Assembly (NCBI GenBank): GCA_010356995.1
Contig: ML996703.1
Span: forward strand, 372,001-436,000
Origin: Trichodelitschia bisporula
Lineage: Eukaryota
Direction of reading: 5' to 3'
Length of the DNA stretch: 64,000 nt
Each line of letters opens with the position of its first letter. Within the stretch, counting starts at the first letter, position 1. The notes beneath the pieces are model-generated. The model was not told the origin of the DNA. It worked only from the letters and a program-made list of their open reading frames with translations, and did not search any database. The position numbers were made by a program, and so were the translations under genes. Shown one piece after another: positions 47,170-60,551 of the stretch.

Positions 47170-49073
47170 TATGAATATGACTGTCTACGGGTATATACTG
47201 GGAGAGGGAGGGTGGTGAGAGATGAGATGTGAAGAGGGAGAGAGAGGAAGAATTGGAATGAGATTTGCAAATGGGCGCGACGCAAAGAAATGTGTTTCTT
47301 GCGGGTTTGGCAGCGAATGGGCAGGGTTGGCCTCGGGTTATTATGTGGAAGACGAGATGCCTCGGTCAAGTTCGCCAGCCGCGGGGGGATGCATTCTAGC
47401 GCTTGTTACTGAATGGCTGGAGTACTGAACGGGACCTGCGGGAGGCCCCGGCCCAAAGAAAAGCACCAATGCACCTGACAAGTGGCAAGTTGCAAAGTAG
47501 TAGATCTTTGATGATGAGCATTGTGTTAACGACACTACTGTGCACTAGACTGACTTCCTAAAGCCATTGAAAGCATGTGAAGCATGTGAAATCCACACAT
47601 CTGCGTCAGCTCCATTCGTCCTCGATGACAAGCACTCGGGACACAAGACATGCGATCATGTGGGGTGGGGGGAGCGGCATGAGGCAAGCGGCGCAATGCT
47701 CCGCATCACATGTGTTGCGCCCCCCAATCGCCCCAGGGCCTGGGTCACGCCCCAGCAACGGGTGGGAAACGGGGGGGAACATCGAGCCAGTCCTCGCCCA
47801 TCAATTACAACTCTCCGCCTAACGGTAGCGCCGTCGGTCAGCACGCGGAGGACGAGGCAAAGCACGGGGAAGAAGCCCTCTGTTCCCCACTTAGGGTCCG
47901 GGAACGCTCAGGTACTCAGGGCCGGAACCGGGCCAACAAAGAGCAGCCTGGGACCCCGCTAGGCACGCTTGAAGACCATTAGAGGTCATTAGAAGCCGTC
48001 AAGAACCATTAGAATTCTGTTCTGCGACTCCCCACGCGAGCGGGCCCCCGCCAATCCAAAGACAACCGCTACGTGTAGCCGAGCTCGAGAACTATCGGTA
48101 ATATTCGTTTCCTTGGGCCGAAAGTGCCGTACAGCTCGGTCCAAGCACGCCCCCGGGCACAGGGCCGCGAATAGAGTGCGAGACTCGGCAACTCAATGTG
48201 CGACTGCGCTCCCGCGGGGTTGCGCGGTACCGGATGTAGAGTACGTGTTCTAGAAGCCGCCATCTGTTAACGCGTGGCGGGTTAGCAGTGTGCTGTACCT
48301 ACTGCACAGTAGAATGTGCATTGTTGAATTGTGTGTGCTGTATCTACTACGGCCGGGCTTTGCTCGGCTTCCTCGGCTGCCTGGCAGCTGCTTGAGGCAC
48401 CGAGGCGGAATTAGGATGACGTGAGATGGCCTGTTTGGGTTGATAGGTGTTGACGCGATTTCATGGCTACTACCTGTAGACGTGCGTTCCATGAGCAGGG
48501 TGTTGGTGATGGCTTTCGGAACAGAATACTTCATTGCCGACCTCGGTGTGCCGTCTTGGGCGAGCATATGTTCAAATGGCAACCCTAGGCTAATGTACGA
48601 AGGCTCGAGTCGGCTCAAGCAAAGAAACCAACGAGATCGGTGATTCAGTTCAGACTTGCCATGAGGAGTGGGTTTACGGATTAGTATCAAGGGTGCCCGT
48701 TGCAAAGGAAACATGCATGAACTACAGCTTAACGATCCAAAGCAACATTGTTGCGTGAGGACTTACTTCTATAATCCAAGTACCAGTACCACATGGTACT
48801 TCTCTTAGAATGCGATAACTTGCTGAAGAAAGGTTCAACGCGCCACGTTCAACTCTTGATTGACGCGAGGTCACGAGAATCGCCTTGCGATTTTGTCTGC
48901 TCGGATCTAATCTTATCTGAGATCGGAGCAGGCCAATATCAAACACCACCTCACCCCACCACCAAAGCTTCACCCTGCCATATCAGCTATCTTCAGTCAT
49001 AAAAGCTGCTCCGCTGTGAATCGGCGAGCTTCAATGCCATCATTGCACCCAGCAACCCACCACCCAACCCGCA

Positions 49074-50624
49074 ATGGCCCCCTCCCGCCCCACCCTCTCC
49101 TCCTGCATCTCCTGCCGGCGAAAAGTCCTCGCGAGCTTCAACCTCCTCCCCCGCCGCGCCTACACACGACCCAGCACAGCTCCAAAGCCCATCCTAGACC
49201 TAAAACACATCCGCGCACACCCCGGTCTCTACGCCCAAAATTGCCTCGACAGGAACTACCCCGCGCAAGCCAACAACTCATGGCGCATTCTCGAGCTCTT
49301 CGCGCAGTTACAAGCCAGTCAAAAAACCGCTCGCTCCCTCCGCGAGCGCAATAATGAGCTGCGCAAGCTCATAGCGCACGCCGCCAGCAATGCTCCGGGT
49401 GTGGAACCTGGCTCGCCGACAGAGGCGCGCGCCGCTGCGCTCGAGGAGGCTAAGGCTCTGAAGGCCCAACTCAGTATCGTCGAGGACGAGGAGAAAGCAT
49501 GCCAGCGCGAAATCGATGCCCTGGCCCTCGAGCTCCCGAATCTCTCCTCAACACATACGCCCTCCGGTTCCGATCCTACAGTGCTGGAGTACATCAACAC
49601 GCACCCCGCGCAGCACGGAACACCCTCGGATCGCGTCTGGCGCTCACATGTGCATATTGGATCCGCTTTGAGGCTGGTTGATTTTGCGGGCGCGGCGACA
49701 GCGAGCGGCTGGGGGTGGTACGTGCTCAAGAACGAGGCAGTACAGCTCGAGCATGCCCTCGTCCAATTCGCGCTTAAGACGGCGCGGAATCGCGGGTGGG
49801 ACCTCGTTGCGCCGCAGTCAGTCGTGTATGCGCACATTGCTGCGGCGTGTGGGTTCATGCCGCGGGACCAGAACGGCGAGACCCAGATTTATGCGCTTGA
49901 GCAGCCGGAGAAGGACGCTGCGAAGCCGCAGCTTGTGCTTGCGGGGACTGGGGAGATTCCCATTGCGGGTATGCATGCGAATTCTACCTTTGAACCTGAG
50001 GACTTGCCCCGACGGTTGGTGGGTGCGAGTCGCTGCTTCCGCGCTGAGGCGGGGGCTAGGGGCGTGGATACTAAGGGGCTGTATCGCGTGCATGAGTTCA
50101 CTAAGGTGGAGATGTTTGCGTTTGTCGCGCCGGATGCACCTGCGTCGGGTGACAACTTCACGGCACAGACGGGCGCGGCGGAGCAAATGTTTGACGAGAT
50201 GTTAGGCATTCAGAAGGAGATTATCGGCAAGCTAGGGCTGCACGGGCGAGTACTCGAGATGCCGCACTCCGAGCTAGGGGCATCAGCGGCGCGCAAGATT
50301 GACATCGAAGTCTTCTTCCCGTCGCGTGTGGAGAAGGGCGAGGGCTGGGGAGAAGTGAGTTCACTGTCGTTGTGTGGGGATTATCAGAGTCGCAGACTGG
50401 GGACGCGGGTGCGGATGGGGGGTTCGAGGGGATTGGAGTTCCCGACCACGCTGAATGGGACGGCGTTGGCGGTGCCGAGGGTCGTGGCTGCTGTGCTGGA
50501 GAACGGGTGGGATGAGCATAGGCAATGTGTTGTGCTACCTGAATGCTTATGGCCTTGGATGGATGGAGTCAAAGAGATCCATGCGCCGGAAGGAGCGCGG
50601 CTGGTGGAGGATGGGGATGACTAG
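49074..50624 (+). CDS. DIA4: Mitochondrial seryl-tRNA synthetase
   Basis: Presequence-like N-terminus and a coiled-coil arm, then LAGTGEIP, motif 2 CFRAEAGARGVDTKGLYRVHEFTKVEMF and motif 3 TLNGTALAVPR. Confidence 0.92.
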   Translation: MAPSRPTLSSCISCRRKVLASFNLLPRRAYTRPSTAPKPILDLKHIRAHPGLYAQNCLDRNYPAQANNSWRILELFAQLQASQKTARSLRERNNELRKLIAHAASNAPGVEPGSPTEARAAALEEAKALKAQLSIVEDEEKACQREIDALALELPNLSSTHTPSGSDPTVLEYINTHPAQHGTPSDRVWRSHVHIGSALRLVDFAGAATASGWGWYVLKNEAVQLEHALVQFALKTARNRGWDLVAPQSVVYAHIAAACGFMPRDQNGETQIYALEQPEKDAAKPQLVLAGTGEIPIAGMHANSTFEPEDLPRRLVGASRCFRAEAGARGVDTKGLYRVHEFTKVEMFAFVAPDAPASGDNFTAQTGAAEQMFDEMLGIQKEIIGKLGLHGRVLEMPHSELGASAARKIDIEVFFPSRVEKGEGWGEVSSLSLCGDYQSRRLGTRVRMGGSRGLEFPTTLNGTALAVPRVVAAVLENGWDEHRQCVVLPECLWPWMDGVKEIHAPEGARLVEDGDD

Positions 50625-50791
50625 ACGGTATGTTCTGATTGCACATATCATATCCGTGTACGAGTAATATTACACTGCACATTCTAGTCTGAAAGCACAT
50701 TACAGCCTCATTAAGCTTGCCCTTTTCACCCTCCCACCACCATCACCATCAACACTAACAGTTTTACCTCCAGCCCATCAACAACAATCCC

Positions 50792-51682
50792 TTACAACAT
50801 CCATCCAGCAACAGCAACAACCCCCATCAACGCGAGAATACTGGCGCGCAGCCCAGCCGCACTACCCTCGAACACACTCGGCTGCGCCCCGCTGGTGGCA
50901 GCGGGTGAGGATGACGGATTCCCTTTCGCGGGAACGGTGCTGTTGGAGCCGGAGCCGGAGCCGGAAGCGGGACCAGGGCTTGATCCAGACCCAGAGCCAG
51001 AGGGAGAACCAGAACCAGAGCCAGGAGCAGAACCGGAGCCGGCGCCAGCGCCAGGGGCAGAGCCGGAGCCCGAGCTAGCACCAGGGGCAGGGGCCGAACC
51101 AGACCCGGACCCAGAGCCAGGAGCAGAGCCAGACCCGGCACCAGTCCCAGGCCCGGACCCAGCGCCGGAACCACAGTTGGAGCCGTAGCTCCCGCAGTCT
51201 GCCGAAGGGGCAGGGGCAGGCGGCGCGGGAGACGCGGGCGCAGCAGGCGGGGCAGGCGGGCTAGCCGGGGGAGCGGCGGGCGGGCTGGCGGGCGGGCTAG
51301 CAGGAGGAGCAGCGGGCGGGCTTGCAGGAGGCGAAGCGGGAGCAGGCGGGCTCGCCGGAGGAGCGGCAGGAGGCGACGCAGGAGGCGCCGCAGGAGCAGG
51401 CGGGCTAGCAGGCGGGGCAGCAGGAGGCGAAGCCGGAGCAGGTGGCGCCGACGGGGCCGGCCCGTAGGCGGACTCGGGCGGCGGGAGGACGGGGACGGAG
51501 ACGGAGACCGGCCCTGGCGCAATGGGGAGGGTGGGCTCCGGGCCGTAGGGCGCGGGAGTGTAGGCTGGCTCGGGCTCGGGGGTGGGAGCCACGGGCACGG
51601 GTGTCGTTGTGTCCTCTGCCTCTGGGCCGTAGGGCGCGGCGAGGGCGAGGGTGGGGAGGAGGAGGAGGGCGGAGATACGCAT
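50792..51682 (-). CDS. Secreted Pro/Ala- and Gly/Ser-repeat, probably GPI-anchored cell-surface protein
   Basis: Signal peptide [15 protein letters not shown], (PPASPPA)n and (GSGS)n repeats, and a C-terminal [29 protein letters not shown]-signal-like tail. TATAAA lies on the minus strand near 51793-51798. Confidence 0.85.
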   Translation of the reverse strand: MRISALLLLPTLALAAPYGPEAEDTTTPVPVAPTPEPEPAYTPAPYGPEPTLPIAPGPVSVSVPVLPPPESAYGPAPSAPPAPASPPAAPPASPPAPAAPPASPPAAPPASPPAPASPPASPPAAPPASPPASPPAAPPASPPAPPAAPASPAPPAPAPSADCGSYGSNCGSGAGSGPGTGAGSGSAPGSGSGSGSAPAPGASSGSGSAPGAGAGSGSAPGSGSGSPSGSGSGSSPGPASGSGSGSNSTVPAKGNPSSSPAATSGAQPSVFEGSAAGLRASILALMGVVAVAGWML

Positions 51683-51886
51683 TTTGATGATGGAGGGGGG
51701 TGGAGTGAACGAGTGGGTGGGTTTGAGTATGGTCGTTGGATGGAGATGGGGAGTGAGTGTTTTGACTTTCTTGTTCGTCTGCTGGGACGGGATTTATAAA
51801 CCCTCGCTTCGACGCTGGCGCACGAACCCCGTCCTACCATGTCGCCCAGGCGACACAGCCTTGCGCGACGACGGGGCCGGGAGGTT

Positions 51887-51914
51887 GGGTGGGTGGGTGG
51901 GTGGGTGGGTGGGT
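51887..51914. repeat. (GGGT)7 microsatellite
   Basis: Seven perfect GGGT units read directly. Confidence 0.9.
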
Positions 51915-52633
51915 ACGACGGTTGTGCGTGGCGGGCATGCAAGATGGTGGCGATGGTGCCTTGGATGGGGAGATGGGCTGGGGGTGCATAGGTGCGGGGA
52001 TTGAGGAGTGTTGTTTGTTTTGCGGCATCAGATGCAGCTTCACGAGTTGGGGCAGCGGTTGTGCGCGTCGCGATGGGTACGTACCGATTGCTCTGGGAGC
52101 CCACGGGCCGGAAATGGGAGTGTTTGCTGTGCGACGGACGCGGCGATCGAGGGGAGATTACGGAGACACGACTGATACGTGTACGGGGCGTGTTTCGACT
52201 GGGATTTGGAGAGACTTGGAGATGAGGCTCTTAGAGGGGGTCATATTAGGGTTTGGGGCACGGCGGTATTGCCGCCGTGTCTTTGTGTTGTGGTTGTACA
52301 TCATGCGCCGCGGCAAATTGCCTGTATGCACATGGCCGGATGGGTTGTGGGCGGCGATTGCAGGGCACCGTGTTTAGTTGGCTGGTAGACTGTGATTCCG
52401 GAAGGGGGAGATGGGAATCGCGGTTCATCATAACAATAGCGGGCGATGAGATGAAGTCCGTTTTTGTATAGTGCCGGGTAGTCGATGAAATGATGTCGTC
52501 GTCTGATATCACTGCACCGCCACCGTGGCGTCATCGTGGCTGGTGCATGATCACCAATGCGCGACATCCCCAGACGGCCATCAAGGCACATCTCACCCTG
52601 ACCACATACGGTCTATCCCCAGTCCACACCACC

Positions 52634-53824
52634 ATGCTCCTTCGTCTAGTGCTGCTGCTCACGGCCGTTGCGGCCGTGGCCGCAGAGCACACGTCGAACT
52701 GGGCGGTTCTCGTCTCGACGTCGCGCTTCTGGTTCAACTACCGCCACATGGCCAACGTGCTCTCGCTGTACCGCACCGTCAAGCGGCTCGGCATCCCGGA
52801 CTCGCAGATCATCCTCATGCTGCCGGACGACATGGCGTGTAATGCGCGCAACGCCTTTCCTGGTACGGTGTACAATAATGCGGACCGTGCGCTGGATCTC
52901 TATGGCGATAATATCGAGGTCGATTACCGTGGCTACGAGGTCACGGTGCCGAATTTCATACGGCTGTTGACGGACCGGGTGGGGGAGGATATGCCGCGCA
53001 GCAAACGGCTACTGACGGACGATCGGAGCAATATCCTCGTGTACATGACGGGACATGGCGGGAACGAGTTTCTGAAGTTCCAGGACCATGAGGAGATTAG
53101 TGCATTCGATTTGGCGGATGCGTTTGCGCAGATGTGGGAGAAGAAGCGGTACGGTGCTCAAAGGGTCTAAGGACGAAGCTGACGGCCTAGATACCACGAG
53201 ATCCTCTTCATGATCGACACCTGCCAAGCCAACACCATGTACAGCAAGTTCTACTCGCCCAACATCATTGCGACCGGCTCATCCGAGATCGACGAGTCAT
53301 CCTATTCGCACCACGCCGACAACGACGTGGGCGTCGCCGTCATCGACCGCTACACATACTACAACCTCGACTTCCTCGAGTCGCAGGTGCGCGAGCCGAG
53401 CAGCAAGAAGACGCTTGGCGACCTCTTTGATAGCTACGATGAAGAGAAGATCCACTCCCATCCGGGCTTCCGCTACGACCTGTTCCCCGGCGGGCAGGAT
53501 GCGGCGCGCTCGCGCCTGGTCATGGACTTTTTTGGCAATGTGCAGAATGTCGAGCTTGAAGCCGCACAGGCGTGGAACGAGACGGCGTGGCGTGAGGATC
53601 TCGAGCAGCTGGAGCGCATGATTGAGGCGGCGCGCCGGAGACACAATGACACTGCGGAGGTGTTGGTTGAGAGGCCTATTGAGAAGCCGCGGGTGGTTGG
53701 AGAGAGGGAGAGGGCGGCGAAGGTAGGTGTGCAGGGCGCCTGGGGGAGTCAGATTGTGGGTGGAGCAGCGCTGGTGGGGTGTTTGGGGGTTTGGCTGGCG
53801 GCGTCCTGGTTTGAGGGGAAGTGA
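52634..53824 (+). CDS. GPI8: GPI-anchor transamidase catalytic subunit (peptidase C13)
   Basis: Signal peptide, [24 protein letters not shown] (catalytic His), IDTCQA (catalytic Cys) and a C-terminal TM segment. Intron 53149-53190. Confidence 0.95.
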
Positions 53825-54417
53825 GACCGGGCTTTGAGGATCATTATTGCACGTTGAAGCGATTGGGATGAAAAGGCTATATGATGATAGAGCCGAAGCG
53901 CAAAGCTTATGGAGTACGGTATCTGGATTCCTACTGTAGATAATTGGCGGTTGCTGTAACATAGCGAGCATCAACGTCCAATTGCCATGCTTAGAGCTGC
54001 TGAGTAGTATCGGCCGGGAATGCGGGCAAGGCACGCATATTAGGGCCAGCCCCATCAATCAGCACGCTTCTTACATTCTCACTCTCACTCTTACTCTCAC
54101 CCTCGACGTTCACATCCTCCCGAGCAGCGGGTCGTCCACAGAATTTTCGTACTCGATTACGTACCTCGTTGAACCTCCCCCCCTTAAACCCGCCGCGCGC
54201 TCCGCCCCTGTCCAGACCCAGGACCTGCGCCACACGCGCACCCCCGGCATCAGCGCTCAAGCCTTACCGTACGTCTCCACGTCTCCATCTCCAACCGCAA
54301 AACACCACGCAACACATCACGAACTCACTCACACTCGCTCTCCTCCCTCCCCACGCCGGCCGCGCAGACGATGCTCCTGGATGCTCGCCTGCCAGCCGCT
54401 CACTCCCTCGCGCCGCC

Positions 54418-55846
54418 ATGTCCGCCGGTGAGATCTTCACAACGACCAAGGGGCCCCCCTCCGCAAAGGATCACAAAGCTGACAGCCCAGATAACCCATG
54501 GCTAGACATTCCGACCTCGCTCCTACGCGCCGAGCTCGCCCGCCGCGCAGAGGACCCTCCCCGGCCAGAATGCGGCGGCAAGAGTCGCGGGGTGTATAAC
54601 ACGCCGCTGCACGTCGCAGCGCTTGTCCTGATTCTGGTGCTCAGCACCGTGGGTGCGCATCCCCCCCAATCCACCCCCCTTCACTACCCACTGCTAACCC
54701 CCCCTCCCTCCAGCCTGCGCTTTCCCCATCGCAATCCGCCACTTCCCCCGCCTCCCCGTGCCCCACTACTTCCTCTTCCTCAGCCGGCACTTCGGGACGG
54801 GCGTCTTGATAGCAACCGCCTTCGTGCACCTGTTCCCCACCGCCTACCTGTCCCTGACGGACCCGTGCCTGCCTCCCTTCTGGACGAAGACGTACCCCGC
54901 TATGCCTGGGCTTATTGCGATGGCGAGTGTGCTGGTCGTGGTTGGGATAGAAATGTTCTTCGCGACGCGCGGCGCGGGACACGTCCATGCGCATGGCCAT
55001 GAGTTGAGCCCGTTTGTGGACAATGACCCGCCGCCGCGGACGTCGCGCGTGCTCAGTACGGGCTCAGCGAGTTTCAGGCGCTTCCGCGAGGCGGATTGGC
55101 GTGCTGACGGGAGTAGCGAGAACCTCATCGGCGGCGCCTCGGCCCTCGTTTCGCCTGCGCCGAAGGATGCGTCTCCCCGACACTCGCTGGACAGCGACGA
55201 CGACGACGACGGGCTGGATCTCGCGCCGCACGAACACGGCCCGGGCCTGCTGAACGGGGGTCCAAAACGGCAGAACTCCCTAGGGCCGCACGCCGGCGCC
55301 TCACTCCCAACGCACCACCCGCTCGATCCGCCTGCGCCGCTGACGGCGGCCGCGCACCAGAAGGCTTTGCTGCAGTGTCTGCTCCTCGAGGCGGGGATCT
55401 TGTTCCATAGCGTGTTCATCGGGATGGCATTGTCCGTCTCGACCGGGCCGCCGTTCGCGGTATTGTTGGTGGCGATTTCATTCCATCAAACCTTCGAAGG
55501 GCTGGCGCTGGGGAGCCGTATCGCGGCGCTCGCGTTCCCGCCGAGTAGTCCGAAGCCCTGGCTCATGGCGCTGGCGTACGGGACTACCACGCCGTTGGGC
55601 CAAGCGGTAGGACTGGCGGTGCATAGGCTGTATGATCCGGCGAGTCAGGGGGGTTTGCTGATGGTGGGGTGTATGAATGCGGTGAGTAGTGGGTTGTTGC
55701 TGTTTGCGGGGTTGGTGGAGTTGTTGGCAGAGGACTTTTTGAGTGAGGGGAGTTATGCGAGTCTGAGGGGGAAGAGGAGGATCGAGGCGTGTGCGGCGGT
55801 GGTTGGGGGGGCGACGCTTATGGCGCTGGTTGGGGCGTGGGCGTGA
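54418..55846 (+). CDS. ZIP (Zrt/Irt-like) zinc/iron transporter
   Basis: RHFGTGVLIATAFVHL, a His-rich loop HVHAHGH, LEAGILFHSVFIG and HQTFEGLALG. Intron 54653-54713. Confidence 0.92.
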
Positions 55847-56715
55847 TGGGGGTATTCTCTACGGCGTTTGGATGGGACTGCTGAAGGCAGGGTAGATTCA
55901 TCATGGACGGTCGCGATGTGTGAAAAGTATCAATCTGAGCGTCGACTGCTATGGGTGCGGTGCTAGGCCGGGACGCTGATATGTCTCCACGGACGCACTC
56001 TGCAAGGCACTCCTCACAACACTTATGCCGGCAGTAAGATCGTCATGTCCAGGTAGCTCCATCACATATGCACTCAACTACCTGTCTAGACATACACTCC
56101 ACCCGCACCACCATCCCCGGCATGCAAAGAGCTCAGGGTACGCCCCATCCTTCCCAAACAGGGGGCTAAAACGGCATCGCAAAGAAGCCGACCAAAAGAA
56201 ACTCCGCCATCCGAAAACGCAATCCACCCATTCCCATCCCTCACAACCACAAAACAACAACGCAACACACAAAGCCCGCCTGATAAAAAAACCCGCAAAT
56301 GTTCATGTTCCTATTTCCCGGCTCCTGCTCTCGGCTCGCCTCTTGCTCCCTTAGGCCTGCTCATTGTCCGTGAATTTATGCCCGAATGAGTAATGTTGCG
56401 TGTCGCTGATAGGGGTATGTGTTGCGCGCGCTAACTTTGAAGAAGATGCTGTGTGCTGAGGAAGCAGAACCCAGGGATATAACTTGTATGCTCCCGATAA
56501 GATGTGTATAAGATGGCGAGAGAAGACGAACCGACGTGGAAAAAGTCGATCGAAGATGGCGATATAGAGGCGTGCAATGAAAAGCGGCCGAAAACAGCCA
56601 CAAAATGCAACCGCCCGGAACAAGGTCCAAAGGCAAACCATCGAGGCCCGTAGTCGTCCGCACCAAAATCCAGGCAGATCCAGGCCAAACAAGCCCGAAC
56701 AAAGCTGCCCGGTCC

Positions 56716-58037
56716 TCAAACCCCCCTCCCAGCCTCCAACTGCGCAGGCGTAACCGTCTCCCTCCGTCTCCTAAACGGATTGAACATACCCCCACCACTC
56801 GCCGGCCTCTCTGTCCTCGTCACCACCGCCTCAGTCTGCGCCTGCGCCTGCGCCGGCATCGCCCTTCCTCTCCACCTTCCCAATAACCCTCCAGACCGCG
56901 GCCCATCCCCTCGCAGCTCATTCCGCTCAGCACCGGCACGCGTCCGCAAATTCGTAGGACCGCCCCCACCCATGCTGAACCAGGCGTTCTGCGGCGCTTG
57001 CGGGAGGTTGATGCGCAAAGGGTTCATGCCAGAACGGCGAGATGTGGTCTCCGGCGCGGCAGCCTCGGTCTCCGGCCGCGGCTTCGGGACGTAGTAGTCG
57101 GCCTTGCACAGCGGGCAGCAGGCGCGGCGCGTGGTCAGCCAGGGGTCGACGCATGCGGCATGGAAGGCGTGGCCGCAGGTGAGGCCGCGCACATCATCGT
57201 CGTCTTCTAGGCTGTCGAGACAAATGGCGCAGGTATCACCCGGCGTGGCGAGAATTTCGGGCGGTGTCGCTGACGGGATGGGGTCGTCTTCGTCGTCGGA
57301 TTCGTCGGTCGAGGGTTTGTGGGGCGGAGGAAGGGGCGTCTGCGTTGCGACCGGAGTCGTTGTTGTCGCCGCTTCTTTGGATTTCTCGGAGATGACCGCG
57401 GGGGCAGGATCTGACGGCTCGGGAGACGTGGGTGCGGTGTGTACGGCCTGTCCGTCGGAGAGGGTCGAGGTTGGTCGAACGTTTTCACCGGATGCGCGGT
57501 CTGATGGGCCGACGTCAATGTCCTTGAGACTCGGCTCGCGGCTGCCAGGTGACACGATACCGCCGGCTGAGGGAAGGCCTTCCTTCTCGCGCGAGGCGCG
57601 CCACGCCTTGTACTTGGACTGCGGGAAGCGGGTATTGACTTCGTCCATGGTCATAAGTCTCTTCTCACGGCGGCGGCGGTGCGGGCGTGGCATGACAGTC
57701 AGGTCGATAGGGTCACCGTCTGCGTGGGCGCGCAGCGCACGATTGCGCTGGTTGTAGCGGAAGCAGTACTTGACGCCAACAATGATCCTGAGGGGGTTAG
57801 CCGGATGGACGCGGAGCAGAATTTGAGAGCAACAAACCAAAGATTCGTAAAAACCACACCAAAGCCGAGCGCAACGAAGAAGAGCAGCGGAGAACTGCTG
57901 CCGCCGCCGCCATTGCCGTTCGACGTGGGTGACGCGCTCGGTGGGGCGGATGAAGTCATTGCGGTCGAGGCCGTTGTAGAAGTCGGCGTGGTCGACGTTA
58001 CGTGCCCCGACATGGACGACATGGATGAGGAAGCCAT
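56716..58037 (-). CDS. Single-pass membrane RING-H2 (C3H2C3) E3 ubiquitin ligase
   Basis: Ser/Thr-rich N-terminus, TM segment LLFFVALGFGVVFTNLW|IIVGV, and RING-H2 CAICLDSLEDDDDVRGLTCGHAFHAACVDPWLTTRRACCPLCK. Intron 57788-57837. Confidence 0.9.
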
Positions 58038-60551
58038 TGTGGATGAGCGGATGAAGAAGTATCAACGATTGCTGGGTGCAGCGATGGTTGAAGGGGCGAC
58101 GCTACGCACGAAGCGATGCACGAGTCGTGGGTTCGCTCCGTGTGGAACCAGCGTGAACGCGAAAAGCGGGACTCGCGACCAGGCGCGACGATGAACGATG
58201 CAATGCGAAAAACAATCGCACGGCAGAGGTATGCCAAACCCGTCGACGGTAAAGGACGCAGAAGCGCTGGTGGTGGCTGGATGTTGGAAACGGAGGTGAT
58301 CTCGTGGTGCGACGCAGGAAGCGTAGGGAGCGTAGGGCAAGGGCCTCTGCGAGGGTGAGGTGTCTAAAACGCAGTTACGTTCCGACCACACATTGCAACT
58401 GTGCGCGGGGTGCAGCGTGTTTTAGAACTAGGCGCCGTAGGAAGAAGAGCGGTGCAGAAGCGGGCGTGTGCTGATGTTTGGTTGTTCAAAGGGCGGGCGA
58501 CGGCGGTGAGGGTTCGTGAACGCGATGGAGTTTACGGGTCCAGGTGGTGAAGTGCTCCAGGAAGGCAGAAGGAGCGGAGGAGGCGGTCCAGCAGATGGCG
58601 TTGGACTGGGGAGGGTGGGAGGGGGGAACGGCGAGGAGAGAGGGGTGTAGATGCCGGAGAATAGAGAGAGGCAGAGAGAGATATGTGCCTTGCCGGGAGA
58701 AGGCAAGATGGGGCTGAACAACTGGGCAGAAGAGAGAAGAGGGAAGAGGGAAGAGGGAAAAAGAGGGGAGGGAATCGGCGCTAGATGGGATAGTAGGATA
58801 CTTTAGGGGAGTGGAGGGAGGCGTCCTATCCCGCTGCTGGACGGGTAAAATGCGCGCACCAAGCTGACGACTCGTAGGATAAGCGCGGATAACAGCCGCT
58901 ACTAGCGTCGAGGCTGTGGAGTCGAGTGGTGGGCGAGGATCGAGTGAGAGGACGAGTTTGGAGAGTGGATTTGGGATATGTAAAAGAGAAAGATCAGATG
59001 AGAGCGTGAGAGAGATGTGAAAGAGTAGTTTGGGGAAGGGGAGCAAGGAAGGAGACAAGATGCGCCACAGAACAGAATGACAGGCTTGATGCTAAAGGTC
59101 GCTCATGCAAGCCCCAGCAGCAAAAGGCTGAATGAGGCCCAAAGCCCTTGGACGGGGGGTTGGGATGAGGAGGAGGGGGTGAAGGGCTGGCTTTTTGGTG
59201 GAGAGGCGAGACTGCACACCATGAGGAAGAGAGGGCAAACGGACGATCGACGACAAGATTCAAAAGACGAGAGAGTGAAGAGACACGAGACGAGGGAGAC
59301 GAGAGAAGCGCCTAGCGAGTGAAGAGAGGCAATGAAGGGGAAGGGGATCCTGGTCCTTGGAGTTTCATCGTTGAGGGAGAATTGAGGGAGAATTGATTGC
59401 TGCAGGCCCAAAAGACCAGAGATGCCCGTGATGAACCTCTTTCCACTGCTCCCGGTCCACTCGGTCTTTTTTCATCTGTAAAGCTTTCCCGGAGTCTCTT
59501 TTCTCGGGCTTTTGCCTCTTCCATCTACATAAATCACTCCCCTAATCCCGCTCTTTCCGCTCCATCAGGCCCAGATCCACGCATCACCATCAACACCTTA
59601 CTGACAGTCGAGCAGGTACTTGGATAAGTAGAACTACAGTGCTTGACAAGTGCCCGATAAGTGCTCGACAAGTAGCGTACACGCTCGACATGTCCGTATC
59701 ATCACCCCCGCGTTTCCGTCGCCCGTCTGACCTCCCAAGGAACGTCCAACAGGCCAGCAAGGCCAGCCGAGCCACGCACAACCATGTCAATCGCCTCCAA
59801 CGACTGACGAACCCTTCCCACGAAGCCATGAGAATAGCAGCAAGTCTCACCCACAGCCGTCTACCACCGTAATCGCTGATTCCCTTGTGAATTCATATTC
59901 CAAATGTAGCCCTCGTCCACCATCGCCACCCCCAGCCAAAAGAAGCAGAGACCGGGTAATGCCAAATTGTCGGATAAGGTGGTTAGATAATGCATGCCCC
60001 TCCACGCCATCGGTCCGTTCCTCCCTTGCGGGCGCACTGAGCCATGTTCTTCCCAATTTCATCGCCAGCATGGACGCAGAAGCACCCACCCTGCCCATAT
60101 GTGCACAGCAGCAGCAAGGGATCGCAGTCCACTCCGCAAGTATACAGTGCTTTGACAGCCGTTATCCATTTGCCCTTGGCCCGTTTGTGCCAGTTGTAGC
60201 AGTCTACAAGTCTAGATCACAGCATCTTCTCATGATTCTCTCCAACTTCACCTCTAGCCACTTCTCCTCCTTGGCCCATTCGCCCCTCGCGCACTCGTGA
60301 CGTTGCCCAACCCGCGTGAAGACCGCCAAGCATCCCCCGCAGCTCCCGCCTCCATCCGCACGCCGTCTCAGCGCCACAGCCACGCTGCAAAGAAGCTTTG
60401 CTCAATTGCTTGCCGAACGCCCTTGCCCAGCTCTTCCACGCGACACACGAACCACATCATATGACCCCGCGTCCACCTCTCCACTTCGCGCATACCTCAA
60501 GCGCGCATCACGACATCACACGTCCCCAACAACAGTACCAGTACCAAAAAA

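Noticed and set aside
47510..47553. Box C/D-like pair (ATGATGA ... CTGA) upstream of the fumarate reductase
   Set aside because: It is too short, has no terminal stem and has no recognisable rRNA guide.
47970..48016. CATTAGA repeated three times
   Set aside because: Short and irregularly spaced; not CRISPR-like and no function can be assigned.
50792..53824. GPI8 divergently paired with a GPI-anchored substrate as a dedicated module
   Set aside because: The transamidase serves all GPI proteins and such genes are numerous, so adjacency is plausibly chance without synteny data.
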